Source: Crocinitomicaceae bacterium (lineage in GTDB: Bacteria; Bacteroidota; Bacteroidia; Flavobacteriales_D; CAJJDF01). Taken from it: DNA of 64,000 nucleotides. The notes under the pieces were generated by a model. It was not told the origin of the DNA, did not search any database, and was given only the letters and a program-made list of their open reading frames with translations. Positions 1-10,868 of this stretch are shown here, one piece after another; the first letter of the stretch is position 1; every line of letters begins with the position of its first letter. The position numbers and the translations under genes are program-made. The stretch covers positions 2,777-66,776 of the forward strand of contig JAHEIE010000018.1 of assembly GCA_024639505.1 (NCBI GenBank), read 5' to 3'.

Positions 1-312
1 TGGCTTTTTATACATTTTGGTGTTTATCGGAAATAAGAAACCACCAATCTTATCCCAAAGCGAAAGCGTGGTGGCTTTCGTCTCCATTTGATTCAATAGA
101 GCCTGTTTTATCGCTAAATCTGCCACTATTCTATTCTCTTCCTGAGCTATTTTTTTTACTGAAATCAAAGTCATTCTTAACTCTTCATACTCTTTGGCTG
201 AACCAACCTCTTGATTCACAAGACTCAACTCTTCTGAAGTCAAACTATCGTAAGATTTTGAAAGTAATAACTGTTCAAAATCCAATGGGCTATGTGTATG
301 TTTGTTTTTCAT
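1..312 (-). CDS. Partial ORF (first 104 codons, continues past window edge); putative anti-sigma factor partner of the adjacent ECF sigma
   Basis: My own reverse-strand translation from ATG at 312-310 is open to position 1 (MKNKHTHSPLDFEQ...WDKIGGFLFP). It starts 2 nt after the sigma gene stop. The call is position-based; no diagnostic motif was seen. Confidence 0.4.
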   Translation of the reverse strand, partial: MKNKHTHSPLDFEQLLLSKSYDSLTSEELSLVNQEVGSAKEYEELRMTLISVKKIAQEENRIVADLAIKQALLNQMETKATTLSLWDKIGGFLFPINTKMYKKP

Positions 313-314
313 AA

Positions 315-923
315 TTATTGGGCTATCGAAAGTAAAATCAGTATCATTTTGGCTAATTGCGGAGCAAAGTCTTTGAGAGAAACAGTAAGTTTTTTCAGCG
401 TGTAAAACAGCCTCGATTTCACAGTTCCTTCAGAAATATTCAACGTTTCGGCTATCTCTTTAATGGATAACTCTTGGAAATATCTCATCACGAATGCTGA
501 TTTTTGTTTCTCATCAAGCTGATCCAACTCCAATTTCAGTTTTTCGCTAAACTGAGAATCTTGTAAACTATCCATGGCGTCCATTGCTGTGTCTTTTATT
601 TGTATTCCTTCCTCAATATCATAGCTTGTGTTGTGTCGTATTGATTGTTTTCTGTATTCGTTTTTACACATGTTATTTGCTACGGAAAATACCCAAGTTT
701 TAAAATTCCTTTTTAAATCAAACAAATGGGGTTTTTCAATAATCTTTGCAAATAAATCTTGCATGAAATCTTGTGCCTTCTCTTTGTCTTGCCATAACAT
801 TTTATAGAAATAGTTTACCAACAATCCATTGTACCTATCGTAAAGTTCAGAAAAAGCATGGGTATCCTTATCCAAGATCCCTTGCATCAAATCATTATCC
901 GTATACGAAGAATACTTTCCCAT
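315..923 (-). CDS. ECF-type sigma-70 family RNA polymerase sigma factor
   Basis: 202 aa. Region 2-like FKTWVFSVANNMCKNEYRK and region 4 HTH LSIKEIAETLNISEGTVKSRLFYTLKKL. Confidence 0.85.
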   Translation of the reverse strand: MGKYSSYTDNDLMQGILDKDTHAFSELYDRYNGLLVNYFYKMLWQDKEKAQDFMQDLFAKIIEKPHLFDLKRNFKTWVFSVANNMCKNEYRKQSIRHNTSYDIEEGIQIKDTAMDAMDSLQDSQFSEKLKLELDQLDEKQKSAFVMRYFQELSIKEIAETLNISEGTVKSRLFYTLKKLTVSLKDFAPQLAKMILILLSIAQ

Positions 924-932
924 TTAATCAAG

Positions 933-1922
933 CTATTTATTTAGCAAGGATTTTACCTGTTTGTATTTATTGGCACTCTTTCCCAACAGCAATATTGTAT
1001 TATTTACCCGTTCTTGCTGAAGTTTCATAGTATTGTCTTTGTAGTAATTTGAAAGTTGTAAAAGTGGCAGCACATAGTTTAGATTCATGTTTCTATCACT
1101 TTCCATATTTTCGGGAGGAATTAAATGATTTTTCTTAAATTTTGATTCCCAATTTGTTTTCAACACCAATAAATTATCGAAGCTTGTCTTGCTGTATTTT
1201 AAAGCTAAACCTGTAGGATACAGATTGTTTTTCAGCTCTTTCATCACCAAATGAGATACGGTAAGTGAATAATAAATAGGTTTTGAAGGGTTTTTTTCGG
1301 CCACTTCTAACAGTATATCAATGTTCTGAGAATAACGCTTGGAGAGCTTTATCCCAAGCTCATTTTGTATTCGGTTTCTATAAGATGAATTAACCAACAA
1401 ATCATAATTCAAAACTTTTACATCGGTCCTTAAGTTTTCAATTGTCTGTAAAATCCATATTGGATAAGTGTCCTTTTCTCCGTAAGTAACTAAAATTCCA
1501 TTTGTCTCAACTGACATTAAAGTATTGTAAGCATACTCTCGTAAGGCAGCTGTGAACTTTTCTGATTGTAATTTTTTACAAAACTCTCTTTTAGTCTTTT
1601 CATTTCCAATGGTCTCATTATATTTTGCCAATTCAAAAAACAACTCGCTGTTTGTACTATCCAACTGGTACGCCTGGAGTAGAGCTGGGTAGTTTTTATT
1701 GCCTAATTCACTTTTTAAAAAGACCGAATAATGAAAATTAAAAGCGCTTTTTTGTGCCATTTCATCTATCTCAGAATCAGTTGTAATTCTATTTTTTGTA
1801 TCTCGATTTACCTCCAAATTATACTTAGAGATTGCTGACTCTTTTCTTTGAGAAGGTTCAGCTTGAGCAATCAATGCAAAAGTCAAAAATTGGAAAAAGA
1901 AAAATGTAACTATTGATTTCAT
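933..1922 (-). CDS. Secreted hypothetical protein, first gene of the ECF sigma operon
   Basis: Track ORF is 933..1982. The internal ATG at 1922 gives the signal peptide MKSIVTFFFFQFLTFALIAQA. The gene ends 9 nt before the sigma gene. Confidence 0.5.
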   Translation of the reverse strand: MKSIVTFFFFQFLTFALIAQAEPSQRKESAISKYNLEVNRDTKNRITTDSEIDEMAQKSAFNFHYSVFLKSELGNKNYPALLQAYQLDSTNSELFFELAKYNETIGNEKTKREFCKKLQSEKFTAALREYAYNTLMSVETNGILVTYGEKDTYPIWILQTIENLRTDVKVLNYDLLVNSSYRNRIQNELGIKLSKRYSQNIDILLEVAEKNPSKPIYYSLTVSHLVMKELKNNLYPTGLALKYSKTSFDNLLVLKTNWESKFKKNHLIPPENMESDRNMNLNYVLPLLQLSNYYKDNTMKLQQERVNNTILLLGKSANKYKQVKSLLNK

Positions 1923-1997
1923 AAAAGTAAAAATAAGGTTTCTTCTTGATAATCGGTACACCATAGAATACAATGCGTTCATTTAGACACAAAAAAA

Positions 1998-2023
1998 ATC
2001 CTTCAAATCAAATTTTGAAGGAT
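1998..2023. terminator. Bidirectional hairpin terminator (serves the 2049..2606 gene)
   Basis: 10-bp stem ATCCTTCAAA/TTTGAAGGAT flanked by an A-run and a T-run. Confidence 0.8.
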
Positions 2024-2048
2024 TTTTATAACGTGTTTGTTGTTCGAA

Positions 2049-2606
2049 TTAGTCCTGAACTAAAATCCCCGAAGCAATAAAAATTGGCTCAAAAACTGGA
2101 GAAATTACGGCATCGTGTTTCTTCAGCAATTCTGCTTTTTTCTCTTCAGTTACTCCTTCTCCTTCCATCTCATCCATGATGTAGTGTTGTAAATCTTCTA
2201 TGGAAGTTGTATCCATTTTTGCTTCTCCTGTAAAAATTGCTGTTGTTCCAATTTCTGTGTCAGTTGGGATCGTAAAATGGTCTTTAAACATCACCCTCAT
2301 GTCTACTGAATCTGGCAAGTTTACAATTACAAAACATCCGGCTTTGGCACAAATACTTGCCAATTCCGTTTTGATTGTGTAGTTGTTTGTTGCCCCATCT
2401 GCAAATGCAGTTGCAAAACTATCCACTGAAATAGCTTTGTCCATTGGCACTTCTTCTACACCAAAATGGGTAAAACCTTCTACAGTTTGAATGGCTTCAA
2501 CTACTTCCTCGGTCTCGTCCGTTGTAACTTCTTCTGTCGATTGTTGTTCAGCTGCACAAGATGCCAAAAAGGCTCCTGCAAACATAATTGCGATAAATTT
2601 TTTCAT
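2049..2606 (-). CDS. Lipoprotein, DUF4920-like (family name from memory)
   Basis: Lipobox MKKFIAIMFAGAFLASC. CAKAGCF motif resembles the DUF4920 Cys pair. Followed by a strong terminator. Confidence 0.6.
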   Translation of the reverse strand: MKKFIAIMFAGAFLASCAAEQQSTEEVTTDETEEVVEAIQTVEGFTHFGVEEVPMDKAISVDSFATAFADGATNNYTIKTELASICAKAGCFVIVNLPDSVDMRVMFKDHFTIPTDTEIGTTAIFTGEAKMDTTSIEDLQHYIMDEMEGEGVTEEKKAELLKKHDAVISPVFEPIFIASGILVQD

Positions 2607-2656
2607 GTCTTTTTTGTTGTTTGTATTAAATCAAGTTCAAATATAGGAAGTTTCTC

Positions 2657-3511
2657 TTACAAACCTCCAAAAGTTATACCCACAGAAAACGGTACAATAT
2701 TAGTTTTTCCATTGGTGTGCATAATTTCTTTGTCGTTCATAGAAGTCAATGCATAGTTCGCATAAAGTCCAATCCCTTTGTAAGCTACTCTCAGTCCTAA
2801 TCCAAGTTTTACTGGAGCCACATTAAAATTTCCTTTTACAGTAGTCTCAACTTCGGCATCGGGAAGATCAAAGGCTGCCTTTACTTTGCTACCAATGTTG
2901 TAGCTAAATGTTCCTCCTACAGCAATCTTAAAACTTTCGTTGTTTGTCTGGAATTTCAGCATCAATGGGATATGTACATAATTTGTTTTGAATTTATATG
3001 AATTAAATACCGTTGTTGTATCAGCAACAAAATGTCCTTCTTTTGGAGATATTTGCATGTTTTCTTCGAATACAAATCTGTTGAACTCAAAACCAAATCC
3101 AGTTAGAAGCCCTATGTTTTTGGTGAAATCAATCAAAACATTTCCGTTTATTACATAATTACGAGACTGAACCAAATCAATATCCAAAGAGGCATTAGAA
3201 GTTGGTGCAAGAATTCCTATTCCCAAAACTTCTTGTGTAAGTCCAGAAACTCCAATTCCAAAAGTGGGTTCAAAATTTACTTTTGGATAATCCTTTTTGT
3301 CCTTGTACAACCATTCATCTTCATCCGAATTGTGAGTTGTGTCTTTCGTTACGGTGTGTTTCTTTTTGTCTTTCACTATCACCTTTACATTCCCAAAATC
3401 AATCTCTTTGATGTTGGATTTGATGGTGTCAATTTTAGTTTGAACAGTGTCTGCCTGAGAAATTGAGATAAAACTCAAACTGGCTAGTAAAATGGTTAGA
3501 TAGTATTTCAT
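2657..3511 (-). CDS. Outer-membrane beta-barrel protein (porin-like small OMP family)
   Basis: The track start at 3538 is a TTG. The ATG at 3511 gives the signal peptide MKYYLTILLASLSFISISQA. Alternating beta-strand pattern with C-terminal ...VGITFGGL. Confidence 0.65.
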   Translation of the reverse strand: MKYYLTILLASLSFISISQADTVQTKIDTIKSNIKEIDFGNVKVIVKDKKKHTVTKDTTHNSDEDEWLYKDKKDYPKVNFEPTFGIGVSGLTQEVLGIGILAPTSNASLDIDLVQSRNYVINGNVLIDFTKNIGLLTGFGFEFNRFVFEENMQISPKEGHFVADTTTVFNSYKFKTNYVHIPLMLKFQTNNESFKIAVGGTFSYNIGSKVKAAFDLPDAEVETTVKGNFNVAPVKLGLGLRVAYKGIGLYANYALTSMNDKEIMHTNGKTNIVPFSVGITFGGL

Positions 3512-3728
3512 AATTGAATTTTTTATTGTTTTACTCAAAGTTAATACAAATTGATAGGCTTGAGATAGTTGGAGGAGTTAATTTTTAATTAAAAAAACAG
3601 ATAACTATTAATCTCGAACAACTCCTATACTTCTCATTCGTATTCGTTTAAGAAAGGAAATATTTGTTAAATACATCGGTAAACAAAAAATTACTTCTAC
3701 ATTTAACATTAAATTAAATAACCGACCA

Positions 3729-4760
3729 ATGAAAAAATCAATTTTATTACTGAGTGTAATTCTATTCGTAGGAATAGGTTTTTCTCAAACTATCAACTCT
3801 TCTAATATTGTAAATATAGGAGACACTGTGTTTAATGCAGTAGATGTCTCACCATCTGTAAATATTGGTTCTACAGGTTCAGGAAACAATTGGAATTTCT
3901 CTTCCTTATTGCCAAATCAAGTAGATACTATCGTTTTTTCGAATCCTTCTACTATTGCTTGTGCAGCAACATCATTTAATGGTGCAAGCTACAAGTTTGC
4001 CCAAGACACCAACTTTGGTTTTTTAAAAAAATCTTCTACTTCCATGCAATTATTGGGGTTATCCAACGGAACAATTTGTGTTGCTTCTCAAAACCCAGAA
4101 ACTGTGATTGAATTCCCAAGTTCTTACGGAAGCACTTTTAATGATATTGCAGTAACTCAAACGGTAGTTTCAGGTGCAGCAGCTGGATATCCAGCAGTAG
4201 ATTCTATCCGTGTTAACAGCACAACTACCATTATTTCAAATTTTGATGCTTCGGGAACAGCAACAACTCCGATGGGAATATTTTCTTGCATTCGCCAAAA
4301 TCTTGAAAGAAGAACTACTTCATTGATTTATGCGAAAATTTCAGGTTTTTGGAATCCTTCGCCCTTATTAACACAAAACGATACTGCATACAGCCACCAA
4401 TACTGGTCGGATGCTGCAAATGCGAAATATCCTCTTGTTTCTTATGACATTGATGGAATTGGAAATTTAACTGGTCAGATTGTTTGGATGATGAGATACG
4501 CTGCAAACCCATTCGCTAGCATTGACGAAAAACAAGCGTTATCGGTAACTATCTACCCAAATCCTGCCAATGATTTTATTACAATTGAAACAGATGAAAC
4601 TATCGAGAATATTACTATTTTGGATGTTTCGGGTAAGATAGTTTTTTCTCAAAGAAAAAATCAAAACACAAGAATTGACATTCAAAATCTACCTTCTGGC
4701 GTCTATTTCCTGACTGTAAAATCAGCAAACTCTGTGGGTACAACTAAATTTATAAAGTAA
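3729..4760 (+). CDS. Secreted protein with T9SS type A C-terminal sorting domain
   Basis: Signal peptide plus C-terminal IYPNPANDFITIE...LPSGVYFLTVKS...KFIK, typical of Por/T9SS CTD. Confidence 0.75.
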   Translation: MKKSILLLSVILFVGIGFSQTINSSNIVNIGDTVFNAVDVSPSVNIGSTGSGNNWNFSSLLPNQVDTIVFSNPSTIACAATSFNGASYKFAQDTNFGFLKKSSTSMQLLGLSNGTICVASQNPETVIEFPSSYGSTFNDIAVTQTVVSGAAAGYPAVDSIRVNSTTTIISNFDASGTATTPMGIFSCIRQNLERRTTSLIYAKISGFWNPSPLLTQNDTAYSHQYWSDAANAKYPLVSYDIDGIGNLTGQIVWMMRYAANPFASIDEKQALSVTIYPNPANDFITIETDETIENITILDVSGKIVFSQRKNQNTRIDIQNLPSGVYFLTVKSANSVGTTKFIK

Positions 4761-4780
4761 ATAACTCCTATTTTGCAAAA

Positions 4781-4812
4781 AAGCCTTGTCTCGAATTAAC
4801 GTGACAAGGCTT
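4781..4812. terminator. Bidirectional terminator between convergent genes
   Basis: Stem AAGCCTTGTC/GACAAGGCTT, A-run before and T8 after. Confidence 0.85.
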
Positions 4813-4837
4813 TTTTTTGTCAAATTTCTCGCCCTTT

Positions 4838-6013
4838 TTACGAAATAACTCCAGACCCAAGAAGCTCTTCATTTAGATACCAAGCGGCAAATTGACCAGA
4901 GGTAATTCCTCGCTGTGGATTTTCGAACTGAATGTATAAATCTGTTTGTGTTTGAAACAGCGTAGCTTTTTCCAGATCTTGTCGGTATCTAATTCGAACC
5001 TCACACCTAAGTTCTTGCCCTTCAGTTAGTTTTAAATCTTCGCGAATCCAATGAATTTCGTCCTGAGCTACTCGCAATGCTTTTCTGTATAGTCCTGGAT
5101 GCGAATCTCCTTGCCCTACATACACCACATTTTCGTTTACATCGGTAGCAATCACAAACAATGGCAATGGAGTTCCACCTACGCCCAATCCTTTTCGCTG
5201 CCCCACAGTAAAATAGTGCGCTCCTTGATGCTCTCCCTTGTCCATTCCGTCTTTTTGTGTGTAAGAAAAAGCAGTAGCCATTTCGGCTATTTCAGTTTTC
5301 TCTTGGTAGAGAGAATATGCTGGAAAATCACTTGGAACCTCAACAATTCTTCCTTTTTTTGGTTGTAATTGTTGTTGCAGAAAGTCTGGCAACTTAATTT
5401 TTCCTACAAAACATAATCCCTGCGAATCTTTTTTGTTTGCTGTTATCAGGTTTTGCTCTCTTGCAATTTCTCGAACTTCGCTTTTTTGTAATTCCCCAAT
5501 TGGAAACAGTGCTTTTGACAATTGAAATTGATTGAGCTGACACAAGAAATAACTTTGATCTTTATTGTCGTCTTTCCCGGCCAAGAGTTTATGAACTTCT
5601 TCTCCTTTTATTTCTTCGCTTCCTTTTCTACAATAATGACCCGTTGCCACAAAATCTGCTCCTAACTTCAGTGCTGCCTCCAAAAACACATCAAACTTTA
5701 TTTCTCTGTTGCACAATACATCAGGGTTTGGAGTTCTTCCAGCCTGATACTCGGCAAACATATAATCTACTATTCTTTCTTTGTATTCGGCACTCAAATC
5801 CAATGTTTGAAACGGAATATTAAGTTGTTCTGCAATAGCCAAAGCATCATTACTATCGTCAATCCAAGGACATTCATTGTTGATTACAACAGTTTCATCG
5901 TGCCAGTTCTTCATAAAAAGTCCTATCACATTGTATCCTTGCTCTATTAATAAATGAGCTGCAACGCTAGAATCTACTCCTCCCGATAAACCTACTACTA
6001 CTGTTTTTGACAT
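4838..6013 (-). CDS. mnmA: tRNA 2-thiouridine(34) synthase
   Basis: PP-loop [15 protein letters not shown]; full-length 391 aa with MnmA-like sequence throughout. Confidence 0.95.
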   Translation of the reverse strand: MSKTVVVGLSGGVDSSVAAHLLIEQGYNVIGLFMKNWHDETVVINNECPWIDDSNDALAIAEQLNIPFQTLDLSAEYKERIVDYMFAEYQAGRTPNPDVLCNREIKFDVFLEAALKLGADFVATGHYCRKGSEEIKGEEVHKLLAGKDDNKDQSYFLCQLNQFQLSKALFPIGELQKSEVREIAREQNLITANKKDSQGLCFVGKIKLPDFLQQQLQPKKGRIVEVPSDFPAYSLYQEKTEIAEMATAFSYTQKDGMDKGEHQGAHYFTVGQRKGLGVGGTPLPLFVIATDVNENVVYVGQGDSHPGLYRKALRVAQDEIHWIREDLKLTEGQELRCEVRIRYRQDLEKATLFQTQTDLYIQFENPQRGITSGQFAAWYLNEELLGSGVIS

Positions 6014-6094
6014 TATTTTTGTTCTTTGAATTACAAAGTTAGGTGATTTTATTCAAGTTGCTTAATACTCTATATAAGTTTTTGGATTCTCGGT

Positions 6095-7891
6095 TTACTT
6101 CAAATTTTCGTTCAACTTAGCTATTCCATCATTCCCAAGAATGATTGGCAAATCTTCAACTCTACTGTCTGTTGGTCCGTTTTCTAATTTAAGAACTCCT
6201 CTTGGACAAACTGCACTACACACTCCACAACCCACACAAGATGATCGCACTATATTTTGTCCTTTTTGAGCATAAGCTCTTACATCAATTCCCATTTCGC
6301 AATACGTAGAGCAGTTTCCACAGGAAATACACTGCCCTCCGTTTGTTGTGATTCTAAAACGGGATTTAAATTTCTGAACCAATCCTAAATAAGCAGCCAA
6401 CGGACAGCCAAATCTACACCACGTTCTGTTTCCAAAAAGAGGATAAAATCCTGTTCCTACCACTCCCGAAAATACAGATCCGATGAGGAATCCATAAGTT
6501 TTACGAATGCTAAATGAATTGAGTCCAAACACTTCATTATTACCCGAAAAATAGGTGTAAAGAACTAATCCGGTCATAACCACAGCAAAAACCAGTACTC
6601 CGTGAATCAACCAACGCTCCACTTTCCATGCTTTCAGGGTTTTATTGGATAACTGACGATAGGGATCTCCTAAAGTTTCGGCCAAACCTCCGCAGCCACA
6701 CACCCATGAGCAGTACCATCTTTTTCCAAAAAAGTAAACAAATATTGGAACGCCAATTGCAAATAGGGCAATTCCCCAAACCAACATAAACAATCCCAAT
6801 CCACCGCTATTTCTTAATTTATTCAGATTCCATTCGAAGAAAAAATCATAATCCAGCGGCCACATATTGGCAAAATTAAATTCGGGCTGGTTGAGTTTTA
6901 CCAAGATTTCTGGTATTAAAAAAGCAAATCCCAATTGAAAAAACATAACCGAAATTGTTCTGAAAATCTGGTACTTATTGTTCCTGTATTTAATAAGCAT
7001 TCGAACACCCATTACGAGCATAGCTAAAGTGTACATCAATCCATACAAAAACCATTGAGAAGCTTCCCCTCCGCTCAATGCTCTTTTTAATGGTTCCACC
7101 ATCACAATCCAAGTGGTAATGTAATAAGGAAACCAATACAGTAAAATATAAAATCCGATTAAAAATGTACCCACCAAAACTCCTATCCAACCTCTGTTGG
7201 TAGCAGCATTTTTGTAAATTCCATCATTTTTTATTCCAGGATATTTCTTTAAATCTGGCAATACATGAACTATAACTCCTACAGAAGCAAAAATCAAAGT
7301 GAAAAGGAACATCCACCACGGAGAATTAACCGAAAGTCCTTGTGTGGAGTTTTTGGTAATTGGAAAAATGTATTCTCCCATTTTACTGCTCTCAAATCCT
7401 TTTTTTGATAAAATTGAGTTGTTAATGTCCGTTTTTTTATTGCTTAAAATAGACGAAAGCTCTTCGCTATCCGAAAGTTCGCGACCAAAGAGCCAACTCA
7501 GATTTTCTGTTATGAGCTTTTGTTTGGACGTATCCAAAGTGGTTTCATTTGAAAAGGCTTGTGAAATGGAGTTTTGGGTAAAATTAAGTTTGCCATCAAA
7601 ATTGGAGTGATACACCAAATTAGAAATATCTTGATCCGTTATTCCTTCTTTTGCCAAAATTGACTCATTCGACTGATTCAGCATCAATTTTATTTGTTCT
7701 ACAAACAAATATTGATTGGTAAATTCTTTTCCATCATTGTACCGAAAGGAATTAGACTGAAGAATTAGCTGGGCTTTGTTGGGTACACTTTTTTCAATTG
7801 TTTCTTTGGAAACAACATATTTCCCCATAGAAAGCAAGGCAATGAATAACAAAAATGCCAAAATGAATATGCCTAAACCAATTTTTTTCAT
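6095..7891 (-). CDS. Integral-membrane polyferredoxin (4Fe-4S binding protein, NapH/YccM-like) with a ~190-aa N-terminal extracytoplasmic region
   Basis: CSWVCGCGG and WCRFGCP membrane Cys motifs. Two ferredoxin motifs, CISCGNCSTYC and CVGCGVCSAVCP. Multiple TM segments. Confidence 0.7.
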   Translation of the reverse strand: MKKIGLGIFILAFLLFIALLSMGKYVVSKETIEKSVPNKAQLILQSNSFRYNDGKEFTNQYLFVEQIKLMLNQSNESILAKEGITDQDISNLVYHSNFDGKLNFTQNSISQAFSNETTLDTSKQKLITENLSWLFGRELSDSEELSSILSNKKTDINNSILSKKGFESSKMGEYIFPITKNSTQGLSVNSPWWMFLFTLIFASVGVIVHVLPDLKKYPGIKNDGIYKNAATNRGWIGVLVGTFLIGFYILLYWFPYYITTWIVMVEPLKRALSGGEASQWFLYGLMYTLAMLVMGVRMLIKYRNNKYQIFRTISVMFFQLGFAFLIPEILVKLNQPEFNFANMWPLDYDFFFEWNLNKLRNSGGLGLFMLVWGIALFAIGVPIFVYFFGKRWYCSWVCGCGGLAETLGDPYRQLSNKTLKAWKVERWLIHGVLVFAVVMTGLVLYTYFSGNNEVFGLNSFSIRKTYGFLIGSVFSGVVGTGFYPLFGNRTWCRFGCPLAAYLGLVQKFKSRFRITTNGGQCISCGNCSTYCEMGIDVRAYAQKGQNIVRSSCVGCGVCSAVCPRGVLKLENGPTDSRVEDLPIILGNDGIAKLNENLK

Positions 7892-8008
7892 GAGTACTTA
7901 TTTTAGTTGAATGTACCAAAAATGAAATAGATAACAGAATGTAAATCGGTTCAATTGGCAAAACCATACAAGGTTAAACCATAAAATTTACAAGAAATTT
8001 TCTTTCGT

Positions 8009-9064
8009 CTATTTGTTATCCAATCTATTTAGAGCATCAATCGCTGGCTCGTAATTGGTTTCTAGCTTCAATATTTCTTTGTATTCTGATTTTGCCAATT
8101 GCTTATTTCCTTTGGTTTCGTAACACAAAGCTCTGTTGTATTTAGCAGGAACATAATTCACATTGAGATTTAGTGCTTTGTCAAAGTAATTGATTGCTAA
8201 ATCCAGTAAAGAATCGTTTTTTTCTTTAGGATTGTCATCGTAACACAAGTTAATGAGTGTTCTTCCAATGTCAAAATAGGAAACTTCGAATGTAGAATCG
8301 AAATAAAGAATGGTATCAAAACAAACTATTGCTTCTTCGTATTGATTGTGGTCGTAATAGCTCATCCCTTTCAATCGCCAAGCTTCAATACTTTCTGGCC
8401 AAGTGGCAATTGCCGAATTAAAATACTGTATCGCCAATGAATCATCCATTTTGTTGTGAATAGAACCCAATGCCAAATATGCATTGTAGTAATTAGGATC
8501 TCTTTCTATTGCGGTTTGGTAAGATGAAATTGCCAATTTGTTTTGTGCTTGTTGTTCGTACCACATTCCCTTTAGGTAATATGGTTTGGCCATGTACATA
8601 TTTTGAGTAATTGCCTTGTTTATTAAATCCAAAGAAGGTTCGTAGTTCTTACCTGCCAAATAATAATAAGCCAACTCAAGCATTCCATCAGTGTGGGTGC
8701 TATCCAATTCTAAGGTTCTTTCCAAGAAAGGAAGACCTTGTTCAATTTTGTTAATCCCCAAATAGGCCATCGCTTTCACATAGTTGATATTCGCATCTTT
8801 CGGAGCAATTTTCATAGCTCTGTTTATTTGTTTGAGCGCTAGTTCAGGATTATTGTTATCCAAATGATATTGGGCCAATTGGTAATATCCAATTTCAGAA
8901 TTTGGGTTATCCAAAATAAGTTGGTTTATTTCGTCCAAACGAGTATCATTGGTTTCTACAATGGCTTCTACCCCATAATTTTCCTGAGGGTTGGCATCTC
9001 GCGCAACATCCTTGCACGAAAAAACAAACAACGAAACGATACTTACTATTACGATTTTTTTCAT
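8009..9064 (-). CDS. TPR-repeat lipoprotein
   Basis: The track start at 9070 is a TTG. The ATG at 9064 gives MKKIVIVSIVSLFVFSC. Repeated TPR-like A..Y...A..L.P.. units. Confidence 0.75.
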   Translation of the reverse strand: MKKIVIVSIVSLFVFSCKDVARDANPQENYGVEAIVETNDTRLDEINQLILDNPNSEIGYYQLAQYHLDNNNPELALKQINRAMKIAPKDANINYVKAMAYLGINKIEQGLPFLERTLELDSTHTDGMLELAYYYLAGKNYEPSLDLINKAITQNMYMAKPYYLKGMWYEQQAQNKLAISSYQTAIERDPNYYNAYLALGSIHNKMDDSLAIQYFNSAIATWPESIEAWRLKGMSYYDHNQYEEAIVCFDTILYFDSTFEVSYFDIGRTLINLCYDDNPKEKNDSLLDLAINYFDKALNLNVNYVPAKYNRALCYETKGNKQLAKSEYKEILKLETNYEPAIDALNRLDNK

Positions 9065-9100
9065 TTTCAATACTCCCTTTTTTCAATTACAACTTTGCAA

Positions 9101-9134
9101 AAAATGCTCTCACGAATCATCGGGAGAGCATTTT
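9101..9134 (-). terminator. recA terminator
   Basis: Stem AAAATGCTCTC/GAGAGCATTTT. T-run on the minus strand. Confidence 0.8.
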
Positions 9135-9155
9135 TAAACAATTTAAACTATCAAA

Positions 9156-10169
9156 TTATGCTGATTCTTCAGCCAGTAATTCATAGATTTTTCCTTCTAA
9201 TTCTTCCATTAGTTCAGGATTATCTCCTATCAATTCTTTCACAGCATCTCTACCTTGCCCTAGTTTTGTGTCTCCGTAGCTAAACCACGATCCACTTTTC
9301 TTCACAATGTTTTTATCTACTGCAATGTCCAATATTTCTCCAGTTTTGGAAATTCCCTGACCGTACATGATATCAAATTCTGCCTTACGGAATGGCGGAG
9401 CTACTTTGTTCTTCACTACCTTCACTCTAGTTCTGTTTCCAGTCACGTCCTCTCCTCCTTTTATTTGAGTAGATCTTCTTATATCCAAACGAATAGAAGA
9501 ATAAAACTTCAATGCGTTTCCTCCCGAAGTTGTTTCTGGGTTACCAAACATTACTCCAATTTTTTCTCTCAATTGGTTAATGAAAATACAACAAGTGTGA
9601 GCCTTGCTAATAGAAGCTGTCAACTTTCTCAATGCCTTAGACATTAATCTTGCTTGCAGTCCCATTTGAGAATCTCCCATTTCTCCTTCAATCTCTGCTT
9701 TAGGAGTCAAAGCCGCTACAGAATCGATGATTATTAAATCAATAGCACCTGAACGAATTAAGTTATCTGCAATTTCAAGAGCTTGTTCTCCATTATCTGG
9801 CTGAGAAATAATTAAATTATCTACATCAACTCCTAATGCCTTTGCGTAAATCGCATCAAAAGCGTGCTCAGCATCAATAAATGCACAAATCCCTCCTTGC
9901 TTCTGACATTCGGCAATTGCGTGAATAGTTAAAGTCGTTTTTCCCGAAGATTCAGGACCATAAATTTCAACAATTCTACCTTTTGGATATCCTTTTACTC
10001 CCAGAGCCATATCCAACGTAAGGGAACCAGATGGGATCACTTCCACATCGGCCACTGCTCTGTCGCCCAATTTCATTACTGCACCTTTCCCGTACTGCTT
10101 ATCCATTCTTTCCATGGTAGCTTGCAGTGCTTTTAGCTTTTCGCTATTTACTTCTTTTGCTTTTGCCAT
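9156..10169 (-). CDS. recA: Recombinase RecA
   Basis: [10 protein letters not shown] Walker A; canonical RecA sequence over 337 aa. Confidence 0.98.
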   Translation of the reverse strand: MAKAKEVNSEKLKALQATMERMDKQYGKGAVMKLGDRAVADVEVIPSGSLTLDMALGVKGYPKGRIVEIYGPESSGKTTLTIHAIAECQKQGGICAFIDAEHAFDAIYAKALGVDVDNLIISQPDNGEQALEIADNLIRSGAIDLIIIDSVAALTPKAEIEGEMGDSQMGLQARLMSKALRKLTASISKAHTCCIFINQLREKIGVMFGNPETTSGGNALKFYSSIRLDIRRSTQIKGGEDVTGNRTRVKVVKNKVAPPFRKAEFDIMYGQGISKTGEILDIAVDKNIVKKSGSWFSYGDTKLGQGRDAVKELIGDNPELMEELEGKIYELLAEESA

Positions 10170-10305
10170 TTTTTTATTGAATTATAGAATTGAAAATAGT
10201 AGAATTATCGTTTTGTATAACTCTGGTGCTATTCTCGTTTTCTTAGTTTTTATTTTGTCCTTGTCATTTCTAATGACTTTTTCTTCTCGAAATCGTACCG
10301 AGAAA

Positions 10306-10758
10306 CTACCCCAATATTTGTGCAGAATGATCCTTAGTTTTTACCTTTTCGATAATTTCTTCAATCACGCCATTTTCGTCTATCACAAAAGTAGTTCTAT
10401 GAATTCCATCGTACACTTTTCCCATGAATTTTTTCTCTCCCCAAACTCCGTAATCTTGTATTATTTTTTTTTCTTCATCCATCAATAATGGAAAAGGAAG
10501 GCTGTATTTTTCTACAAATTTTTGATGTGATTTTGCCGAATCAGCACTCACTCCTAATACTTTGTATCCATTTTTGATTAATTGATCGTAATTATCAGTC
10601 AAGTTACAAGCCTGAGCAGTGCAACCAGGAGTATTGTCTTTAGGATAAAAATACAAAATCACTTTGCTTCCGCTAAAATCATTTAAGTTTATTGGGTTTC
10701 CGTTTTGGTCTTCTGTCTTAAAATCAGGAGCTTTATCTCCTATTTTCAAATGCTTCAT
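10306..10758 (-). CDS. bcp: Thioredoxin-dependent peroxiredoxin (Bcp type)
   Basis: The internal ATG at 10758 gives MKHLKIGDKAPDF. Active site FYPKDNTPGCT. The longer track ORF adds a non-homologous N-terminal extension. Confidence 0.85.
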   Translation of the reverse strand: MKHLKIGDKAPDFKTEDQNGNPINLNDFSGSKVILYFYPKDNTPGCTAQACNLTDNYDQLIKNGYKVLGVSADSAKSHQKFVEKYSLPFPLLMDEEKKIIQDYGVWGEKKFMGKVYDGIHRTTFVIDENGVIEEIIEKVKTKDHSAQILG

Positions 10759-10868
10759 AAGGTTCGTTGATTTTCCCAAAGTTAAACATTTATTTCTTTC
10801 AAATATTGATTCTAAGCTTTCTTTTTTGACAGAATTTTTGGTATTTTGGCAATTCAAATTTTAAACCT

